DNA of 64,000 nucleotides from a virus, in the IMG/VR virus record IMGVR_UViG_3300045988_160394, positions 32,001 to 96,000 of that record; one strand, given 5' to 3'. Positions 20,384-28,258 of this stretch are shown here, one piece after another. The position numbers and the translations under genes are program-made. The notes below the pieces were generated by a model. The model made no database searches. It was given only the letters and a program-made list of their open reading frames with translations, and was not told the origin of the DNA. The number at the start of each line of letters is the position of its first letter. Positions within the stretch are counted from its first letter, which is position 1.

Positions 20384-20407
20384 ACTCTTCCCAATTGAGG
20401 GAAGAGT
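20384..20407 (+). terminator. strong 9-bp stem-loop closing the CRISPR locus (no clear T-tract)
   Basis: actcttccc-aattga-gggaagagt. Confidence 0.4.
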
Positions 20408-20426
20408 AAAGTTAAAGGAGATTTTT

Positions 20427-20993
20427 ATGATATTGTATCATGTAAGTGAAAATTTGAACAATTATATTGATGTTTTCTATCCAAGAATACCATCTGAAGA
20501 TAGAATGTGTCTAGGAGAAAATATTTCCATAAAAAGAGTATGCGTATCATCAAATATAGCTGGAGCTTTTTCTGCTATGCCAAGAGAAGATGATATAGCT
20601 AATAAGAAGTTTAGAGTATATGAATTTGAATTAGACGAAAAAGATAAAGATTTATTAGATTATAAAACAATATATAATAGAAATTATGTTCAAGATAGTT
20701 TATGTACTAAAGAACATTGGATATTAAAAAATATTAAGCCATCAAGGCATTATGATATAATAGTAAAAAGTTATGATAATGAATTGATACCTGTTTTACG
20801 TAAAGATTTATGGAAAACTTATTTTAATACATACGCAGATGATCAAGATGCTTTCTTAGAGAAAAACGGTGGCTTTTTAATGTCAGCTTTTAAAAAAGTA
20901 TTTTATATAAAAGATAATGTCGAATTTATATCTGAAAATGATATATATGAATATTTAAATTATGATAGGAGTGATATTAATGGTTTATATTAA
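20427..20993 (+). CDS. hypothetical protein
   Basis: ORF track; aaaggag RBS. Confidence 0.6.
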   Translation: MILYHVSENLNNYIDVFYPRIPSEDRMCLGENISIKRVCVSSNIAGAFSAMPREDDIANKKFRVYEFELDEKDKDLLDYKTIYNRNYVQDSLCTKEHWILKNIKPSRHYDIIVKSYDNELIPVLRKDLWKTYFNTYADDQDAFLEKNGGFLMSAFKKVFYIKDNVEFISENDIYEYLNYDRSDINGLY

Positions 20994-21207
20994 AGTTTAT
21001 GATAGATATATAAACAAGCCAATAGATCAATTTAAATTAAATATAAATGCAGAAAAGCTTTCAGTTGGAGATCGTATTATTTGTAATAAAAAGAATGGTA
21101 CATCAGAAGAGTATAGGATTAAATCAATACGCCATGAAATAGCATTTGAAGGCGGATATGAAGAAGATGTAGCTGCATATAAAAAAACAATAATAGAAGT
21201 AAATTAA
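20980..21207 (+). CDS. hypothetical protein
   Basis: ATG 20980 in frame with track ORF 20962. Confidence 0.5.
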   Translation: MVYIKVYDRYINKPIDQFKLNINAEKLSVGDRIICNKKNGTSEEYRIKSIRHEIAFEGGYEEDVAAYKKTIIEVN

Positions 21208-21233
21208 TACTTATAAATAAGGGGAGATATTAT

Positions 21234-22466
21234 ATGAGCCGTAAATATTGTACAAGAAACGCTTGTGAAAACGAAAAATTAATAGATAAATGTACATGTT
21301 GTTTCGATTGTGATCTTATTGGAGAATGTGAAGCAGAAGTTAAATGTATCATAAGAACAAAGGACAATTATATGGATTGTCCTTTTATAGGAAAAAGAAT
21401 TAATGAAGGGGAGACTACTATGAATAAAATAAATGATTTACCTAAGGTTGGAGTATTCTTTGGTAAGATGATACCACCTCACAGAGGACATTTAACAGCT
21501 ATTATTAATGCAGCTACTAGATGTCAAAAACTTTATGTTGTAGTAAGTGATAATAAACATACAACAGAAGAAATATGCAGAGAATCAGGTATAAAAAATA
21601 TACCTGTAGAATTAAGAATTCAATGGCTATGTCAAGAGCTTCAAGACTTAGATCATATTAAAGTTGTTGCTCTTGATGAAACACATATACCTGCATATCC
21701 TAATGGATGGGATGAATGGTGTGATTTAATGAGAAAGGCTGTTAAAGAAGATATTGATACTTTCTTTTGTGGAGAAGAAGAATATTGTAAGCAATTAAAA
21801 GAGCATTTCCCAGGTTCAGATGTAATTCTATTTGATCCACAAAGAAATACTTATAATATAAGTGCTACTACAATAAGAACTAATCCTCAAAAACATTGGG
21901 ATCATATATTAGGACCTGCTAGACCATTCTTTGCTAAGAGAGTATTAATAGCAGGGACTGAAAGTACAGGGAAGACTACAATGGTTAAGTACTTAGCTAA
22001 ATTATATAATACTTCATGGTCAGAAGAAGTAGGAAGATATTATGCTTCTAAATTCCTAGGAGGAAATGAAGAAATTTTTACTGATGAAGATTTTACTAGA
22101 ATAGCATATCAACAAATAGAACAAGATTACGCAGCTCTTAGAAGTTGTAATAGAGTTTGTTTCTTTGATACTGATCCAACAGTTACTCAATACTATTCTA
22201 CTTTATATATGGGGCATAAAAACCTTGAAGTAGAATCAGCTATTAATCCAACTAAATATGATATTGTTATATTATTAAAACCAGATGTTGAATGGGTTGA
22301 TGATGGACAAAGATTAAATGGTGATCAAGAAAAAAGAGAAGAATTACACAATAGATTAAAATATATGTATCTTGAAAGAGGTTTTAAGAACGTTGTTGAA
22401 GTATCTGGAGATTATAATGAAAGATTAACAGCTATTATAAATATTGTTGATGATTTATTAAAGTAA
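21234..22466 (+). CDS. nadR: NadR-type bifunctional NMN adenylyltransferase / ribosylnicotinamide kinase with Cys-rich N-terminal extension
   Basis: GKMIPPHRGH (HxGH nucleotidyltransferase), ISATTIR, then Walker A GTESTGKTT kinase domain. Confidence 0.8.
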   Translation: MSRKYCTRNACENEKLIDKCTCCFDCDLIGECEAEVKCIIRTKDNYMDCPFIGKRINEGETTMNKINDLPKVGVFFGKMIPPHRGHLTAIINAATRCQKLYVVVSDNKHTTEEICRESGIKNIPVELRIQWLCQELQDLDHIKVVALDETHIPAYPNGWDEWCDLMRKAVKEDIDTFFCGEEEYCKQLKEHFPGSDVILFDPQRNTYNISATTIRTNPQKHWDHILGPARPFFAKRVLIAGTESTGKTTMVKYLAKLYNTSWSEEVGRYYASKFLGGNEEIFTDEDFTRIAYQQIEQDYAALRSCNRVCFFDTDPTVTQYYSTLYMGHKNLEVESAINPTKYDIVILLKPDVEWVDDGQRLNGDQEKREELHNRLKYMYLERGFKNVVEVSGDYNERLTAIINIVDDLLK

Positions 22467-22518
22467 TCAACATAATCTTATTGATATATAATTATTGAAA
22501 TTGAAAGGATGATTTGAA

Positions 22519-23124
22519 ATGAGAAAGAATAAATACGGAGAGATAACAGAAATAAATAGTGGTAAAACATATACATCTATCAATGAAGTTTGTAATACTT
22601 TAAAAGTAAATAGAAATAGACTTTATAAATTATTTAGAGAAGTAGATATTAATAAACCATATTTAATAGAAATAGATGGATTTAAATTCTCTAAAGCTAT
22701 GAATGTTGATACAACGTTAGCTTATAATAAAGCTAGCAATGTTCAAGTCGTAAAAGATGAAGAAGGTACTTTAGCTCAGCCAGCTAAAGAGGTTGTAGAA
22801 ATGTATTCTGGTAAAACTTTTTCTAGTATTAGAAAGTGTTGTGAATATTATGGTATGTCTATTAATGTTGCGTATAAAAAGCTTTCAAAGACAGGCGTTT
22901 ATGAAGATGAAGATAAAACATTGTTTTTATGTTTAAAAGACTGTATTACTGTTGAAATAACAGATTTAGTAAACAAAAGAATTAAAGAGAAAGAAAATGA
23001 ATATGAAATATTAACAAGTAATAATGGCTCTGTATTTATACTAAAAGAAGATCAAATAGTAAAGAAATGTGTTTCTGCTAAAGATCTATTAGAGAGTGTA
23101 AAGATAAAAGAAGTGATTATTTAA
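22519..23124 (+). CDS. hypothetical protein with two repeated HTH-like modules
   Basis: Internal repeat GKTYTSINEVCNTL... / GKTFSSIRKCCEYY... Confidence 0.55.
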   Translation: MRKNKYGEITEINSGKTYTSINEVCNTLKVNRNRLYKLFREVDINKPYLIEIDGFKFSKAMNVDTTLAYNKASNVQVVKDEEGTLAQPAKEVVEMYSGKTFSSIRKCCEYYGMSINVAYKKLSKTGVYEDEDKTLFLCLKDCITVEITDLVNKRIKEKENEYEILTSNNGSVFILKEDQIVKKCVSAKDLLESVKIKEVII

Positions 23125-23196
23125 TATATTATAGTATTTGATTGTTAATATAATAATTATTAAAGAATTATTATTAGCAAGAGAGGATTATGGTAT

Positions 23197-23685
23197 ATGA
23201 TAAATAAAGAAATTGGAAAACAAATATTAAATCAAGTTCATTTTGAATTTCAAAGTGAAAGACAATATATAGCTATGGAATATTATTTTAGAAAATTAGA
23301 TCTTAATGGATACGCAGATTTATTTCATGAATATGCATTAGAAGAAAGAAGACATGGATATGATATGTTAGCTTTCCTTGATGATTGGAATTATCCTATT
23401 ATAATTAATATGGACCAAAGAGAAATTATTAATACATTCCAATCACCATTAGATGTATTTGAAAAAGCTTTAGAACATGAAAAAGAAATAACAGCTGCTA
23501 TCGTAAAGATATGCAACAATGCTGTTAAATGTGGAGACGTTATATCTAAAGAATTCTTAAATAAGTATTTAACAGAACAAAGAGAAGAAGAAGATAAGAT
23601 GCAAACTAGATTAATGAGATTGAAATTAGCTGGTTCAGATAGCTCAGCAATTTTATTGTTAGATCATGAAGATGGTAAGCATTAA
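23197..23685 (+). CDS. ferritin-like protein
   Basis: Ferritin di-iron helices (EFQSERQYIAMEYYF, ALEERRHG, EHEKEIT). Confidence 0.75.
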   Translation: MINKEIGKQILNQVHFEFQSERQYIAMEYYFRKLDLNGYADLFHEYALEERRHGYDMLAFLDDWNYPIIINMDQREIINTFQSPLDVFEKALEHEKEITAAIVKICNNAVKCGDVISKEFLNKYLTEQREEEDKMQTRLMRLKLAGSDSSAILLLDHEDGKH

Positions 23686-23692
23686 TATTTAT

Positions 23693-23725
23693 AGGCTATT
23701 ATTAATTTAATAGCCTTATTTTTTT
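23693..23725 (+). terminator. intrinsic terminator
   Basis: aggctatt...aatagcct hairpin plus T7. Confidence 0.7.
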
Positions 23726-23739
23726 AGGAGGGAAAATAT

Positions 23740-24111
23740 ATGTATGATTTACTGTACTACTATGATAGATTAGAATTAGATGAAGTCCTAGAAATCTTTT
23801 TAAAAGATAATGTTAGTAAAGATCATGTAATATCTATATCAAAAAATGATAGTATAAACATTACATCTGCTGTTATTAATGGTAAAATATTTTATGGTAC
23901 AAAGCATTTATCATTTAGTAAAGATAAAACAGGTAACTATCATATTAAAAATAGAAGATATTCACTTAGAGGTAACTGTACTGATAATGAATTAGTTACA
24001 GAAGCAGTTTCTGACAATATGGAATACATTATTAATCCTAACAATATTAGTTTTATAAGAAAATCAAATATAAAAGGAGTTAGTTTTTTTGATGAACAAT
24101 ATCGTCAATAA
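23740..24111 (+). CDS. hypothetical protein
   Basis: ORF track; aggaggg RBS. Confidence 0.55.
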   Translation: MYDLLYYYDRLELDEVLEIFLKDNVSKDHVISISKNDSINITSAVINGKIFYGTKHLSFSKDKTGNYHIKNRRYSLRGNCTDNELVTEAVSDNMEYIINPNNISFIRKSNIKGVSFFDEQYRQ

Positions 24112-24177
24112 AATATAGACAAGTTGTAATGCTTATGGTAAAATTAAACAAGTTAAAGTTGAAAGGTTGTGTTTTAT

Positions 24178-24792
24178 ATGAAAATGACAGTACATGCTGC
24201 ATTAGCAGAATTAAAAAAATTAGATCAAAGAATAAATAGAGCGATTAGGACTGGTAGATTTGTAGGAACTATAAAAGGGGAAAAATCTACTGAAAAAGTT
24301 CAAAATACTACAGAAACCAGAGAAGAATTCAAAGTTAGTGCAAAAGCAGATTTCGATTCAGCTACTGATTTAATAAATAGAAGAAATGAAATTAAGAAAG
24401 CTATTACATTATCTAATGCTACTACTAAAGCACAAGTCGGAACATTAGAAATGACAGTAGCAGAAGCGATCGAAATGAAATCTTCTATAGAGTATAAAAA
24501 AGATTTCAAAAGAGCTTTAGAAATACAATATAGTTCAGCTATTTCTAATATAGAAAGAGCTAATGAAAAAGTTGAAGCTAATATGGATAAAATATTAGAA
24601 TCAATGGGTAAGGATGCTAATAAAGAGTTTATAGATAACTATAGAGCTACTTATAGTTTTTCAATAATAGATCCAATATCTATTAAAGAAAAGATAGAAT
24701 CATTAGCTAAAGAAATAGAAGATTTCGAAAGTAATGTAGATATAGCTTTATCTGTATCTAATGCTACTACTTTTATAGAAATAGAAGATTAA
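24178..24792 (+). CDS. hypothetical coiled-coil protein
   Basis: ATG 24178 in frame with track ORF. Confidence 0.6.
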   Translation: MKMTVHAALAELKKLDQRINRAIRTGRFVGTIKGEKSTEKVQNTTETREEFKVSAKADFDSATDLINRRNEIKKAITLSNATTKAQVGTLEMTVAEAIEMKSSIEYKKDFKRALEIQYSSAISNIERANEKVEANMDKILESMGKDANKEFIDNYRATYSFSIIDPISIKEKIESLAKEIEDFESNVDIALSVSNATTFIEIED

Positions 24793-25244
24793 TATATAAA
24801 TGGAGATGAGGCTCTTGCCAAAACTCTCCTTTTATGTTAATATATATATAAATTAAATAACACACAATATCTGACTTATTGTGGGCATAGCGAAAAGACA
24901 AACTATAAGATCCTTTAAAAGATAGGTTAATTCTTTTGCTAACAAGTGATATTTTGGGATATATCAAATAATAGATTTTATTGTTTTTAAAGATGAAAAA
25001 CAAGCTATAACATCTTTTCTGAATGAGAAAACATGTTTACCTTAGTGTTTTTTAAATATGTATTAAAAGCTTAAATCTTAAAGATTAAATCTCATAAGTT
25101 CAAGCATTAAAGTTCTTTATTTTATTTAAAGGTTAAGAGTTAAAAGATAAAGATTGATAAAATCCTGGGTTAAAGGTTATGAGGTAATCTTATATTGCTC
25201 TGTTTAATCCTCCAGGCAGCTATGTTCACAATATATATACATAA

Positions 25245-25275
25245 GGAGAGCCATTGTGGTTCTCTTTTTTATTTT
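25245..25275 (+). terminator. intrinsic terminator at the end of a roughly 450-nt ORF-free island
   Basis: ggagagcc-attgt-ggttctct hairpin plus ttttttatttt. Confidence 0.6.
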
Positions 25276-25289
25276 AAGGAGGAGATAAA

Positions 25290-25577
25290 GTGGGTAGAAT
25301 TATTTATTGCAGACAACCTAAATATCCTAAACCGCCTATTCCAGGTAGTAGGAAAGATACTTATAATGAAATAGTTAAAAAAGAACATTATGGAGTAGAA
25401 GTTTGAGAAAATGTAATTACAGACAAAGTAAGAAAAACTAAATGCTTATGTTTTAATTGCAGAAAACTAGGTAAATGTGATATAGCAAATCATTTATATC
25501 AATTTTGCAAAAAGAATAATATCGCACTAATGATGACAAGATGTAAGGAATTTGATTTTGAAGGAGAGTGTAATTAA
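25290..25577 (+). CDS. hypothetical Cys-rich protein, in-frame TGA at 25404
   Basis: GTG 25290 behind aaggagg RBS; open to TAA 25575 if TGA is sense. Confidence 0.5.
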
Positions 25578-25578
25578 A

Positions 25579-25824
25579 ATGAACGTTAGAATAGGTATAG
25601 ATGAACAACCATGTCTTGAAGTTGGAGATGCTGTTGTAGCAAAAGACAAGTTTTATATAGTACGTGTTGAGAGTGGACAATATATAGCAAGATGTATTAA
25701 TGATGGCTATGGACTTACTGGATTACATGGAACATTAAGAAGATTACAAGAATCTTTAGAAAAAGAAAATGCAAAAATATATCCTAAGAGTAAATACGAA
25801 TTAGTCTTAAGAGAAAAAAGATAA
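25579..25824 (+). CDS. hypothetical protein
   Basis: ATG 25579 with gaaggagag RBS, in frame with track ORF 25552. Confidence 0.55.
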   Translation: MNVRIGIDEQPCLEVGDAVVAKDKFYIVRVESGQYIARCINDGYGLTGLHGTLRRLQESLEKENAKIYPKSKYELVLREKR

Positions 25825-25838
25825 AGGGAGATAAACTA

Positions 25839-26420
25839 ATGAATAAATTAAAGTCTTTAGAACAGCAAACTAATAATAGATATTTAAACGTTTATAAAGC
25901 TAAATATGAAAATAAAGAAAAGAAAACTGAATATGAATATTATATAGCTACTAGAAGAAAAAGAGAAGATATGGCTTGTGTAGCTAAAGATAAAAATAAA
26001 ACAGATGCTGTTATGATAGTTCCAACTGATCCAGTTACTGACAACATGTATTTAATAAAACAGTTTAGACCTGCTGTTAATGATTATGTAATAGAATTCC
26101 CTGCTGGTTTAGTTGATCCTGGTGAAACAGAAGAGCAAACAGTAGCGAGAGAATTATATGAAGAAACTGGATTAATAGCTGAAATGATAAACTTAACCGT
26201 ACCTTCATCATATACTTCTGTTGGAATGACAGATGAAAAAGTAGCAGTATATACAGCTATTGTTTCAGGTAAACCTAATACAAATAATCTTATGGATAAT
26301 GAAGACATAGAAATATTAACTATTAAATCTTCTGATTTAAATGATGTTATTAATGGAGTATATGGTGAAGTATCTATAAAGACAAGAATAATATTAACGT
26401 TTTTAAATCTAACATGTTAA
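25839..26420 (+). CDS. Nudix hydrolase, ADP-ribose pyrophosphatase-like
   Basis: Nudix box GLVDPGETEEQTVARELYEETGL. Confidence 0.8.
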   Translation: MNKLKSLEQQTNNRYLNVYKAKYENKEKKTEYEYYIATRRKREDMACVAKDKNKTDAVMIVPTDPVTDNMYLIKQFRPAVNDYVIEFPAGLVDPGETEEQTVARELYEETGLIAEMINLTVPSSYTSVGMTDEKVAVYTAIVSGKPNTNNLMDNEDIEILTIKSSDLNDVINGVYGEVSIKTRIILTFLNLTC

Positions 26421-26432
26421 GGAGGTTATTAT

Positions 26433-27299
26433 ATGCTATTAAAATGTAATCAACATAGAGATGATTTAGCGAAAAATCTAAAGAGTTATTGTAAAATTGA
26501 TGGCATAAGCATGTTTATTCAAGTAGGAGATAATCCTGCTAGTACCACTTATATTAATCAAAAAAAGAAAGCATGTGATAAAGCAGGAATACAATATGAT
26601 CATGTTGTATTAAATAAAGATATAACAGAAGAACAATTAATAGCTAAAATAAAAGAATATAACGATTGTACAGATGTTATAGGAATAATGGTTCAACTTC
26701 CTTTACCAGTTCATATTAATGAAGAAGCTATTATTAATGCTATCAAACCAGAAAAAGACATAGATGGATTCACTCATGTTAACAAAGGTAAACTAATGGT
26801 TGCAGATGAATCTGTTGTAGTTCCTTGTACTCCATACGGAATTGACGTTTTACTTGATACAATAGGCTTTGGTTATGAAGGAAAAAATGTTGTAGTGGTA
26901 GGTAGAAGTAATATAGTAGGAAAACCTATGACTCAGCTATTAATAAACAGAGGAGCTACTGTTACTTGTTGTAATAGCAAAACTTCTAAAGAAACATTAA
27001 CAAACTTAATATTAAATTCAGATTTATTTATATCTGCTATAGACAAGCCTAACTATTTTGATATACAATATTTTGGAAAGGATAATTTAGCCAAGTTATC
27101 AAATGTAATAGCTATAGATGTAGGAATATTTAGAATAGAAGATAAACTCCATGGGAATATAAACAAGGAATTATATGATTATTTTAAAGCTATTACGCCT
27201 GTTCCAGGTGGAGTAGGACCTATGACTATAGTAGGTGTATTATCTAATATTACAAAATGTGCTTCATTACAAAATAAAATAGAATTTATAGAGAAATAA
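26433..27299 (+). CDS. folD: methylene-THF dehydrogenase / methenyl-THF cyclohydrolase
   Basis: GIMVQLPLP, VVVVGRSNIVGKPM, TPVPGGVGPMT. Confidence 0.85.
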   Translation: MLLKCNQHRDDLAKNLKSYCKIDGISMFIQVGDNPASTTYINQKKKACDKAGIQYDHVVLNKDITEEQLIAKIKEYNDCTDVIGIMVQLPLPVHINEEAIINAIKPEKDIDGFTHVNKGKLMVADESVVVPCTPYGIDVLLDTIGFGYEGKNVVVVGRSNIVGKPMTQLLINRGATVTCCNSKTSKETLTNLILNSDLFISAIDKPNYFDIQYFGKDNLAKLSNVIAIDVGIFRIEDKLHGNINKELYDYFKAITPVPGGVGPMTIVGVLSNITKCASLQNKIEFIEK

Positions 27300-27508
27300 T
27301 GATAGACATTATAACTAATACTAGAGAAGCACAGGCTAATTATTTTGCATTATGTTTGTTAATGCCTAAGAAAGAATTTAAAGATGAAATGTATAAAGCT
27401 TTTAATAAAAAAGATTATACTTATGATATGCAATTAGTAGCTAATCATTTTAATGTTCCATTAGAAGCTGCTATTGTACGAGCTAGAGATTTAAGGATTA
27501 TAAAATAG
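27299..27508 (+). CDS. ImmA/IrrE-like C-terminal fragment (no HEXXH part)
   Basis: EAQANYFALCLLMP motif only; 69 aa. Confidence 0.4.
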   Translation: MIDIITNTREAQANYFALCLLMPKKEFKDEMYKAFNKKDYTYDMQLVANHFNVPLEAAIVRARDLRIIK

Positions 27509-27526
27509 GAGGTTGTTTTTAAGACA

Positions 27527-28258
27527 ATGGATAAGTTTCAGATTAAGATATTAAACCCAGAAGAAGTAAAGACATTATTTAAACGTTGAGGGACGTTCGC
27601 ATGTAAATGTTATGACACTCCTGCTAAATATGCAGAAAGAGTTGGTAAATCATGCTTACAATCAGGACACTTTTCAGGATCAAGAAGTATATATATAGAA
27701 ATAGATGTTAGTAATGTACCTAGAGCTCTTGTAGATCAAATAATAAGAAGAGAACAAGGATGCGTTAAAAACGTTGAATCTGGTAGATATGTAGATTTCT
27801 CAGATTTTGATTATTATACTTCACCATTAATAGCTAATGATCCAATAGCTAAAGAGATATATGATGAACACATGAAAGCTACTAGAGAAGTTTATTCTTT
27901 ATTAGTTAAAAGATTAAATGAAAAAGGGATAACTGGTGAAAGAGCCTTTGAAGCAGCTAGAGGAGTTGCTCCTATGAACTATAGAACAGGTATGGTTCTA
28001 GGATTAACATTAGAAGCTTTAATAGGCTTATGTCATGAAAGATTATGTAGTAGAACTCAAGAACATTCTAGACATTTAATCAAGATGATAAGAGATGAGG
28101 TTCTAAAGCTTATACCTGAGTTAGAGCCATATTTAGTAGTGAAATGTGATTATCTACAATGGTGTCCAGAAGGAAGTAAATGTTGTGGTAGAAAACCAAC
28201 TAGAAAAGAATTCTTAGAATTTATTGATTCTAATAAAGTTAAAGGGAGTGTTAAGTAA
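27527..28258 (+). CDS. thyX: flavin-dependent thymidylate synthase, in-frame TGA at 27587
   Basis: ATG 27527 behind aggagg; RREQGCVKNVESGRY resembles ThyX RHRxxSxxxxSxRY; in frame with track ORF 27872..28258. Confidence 0.75.
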
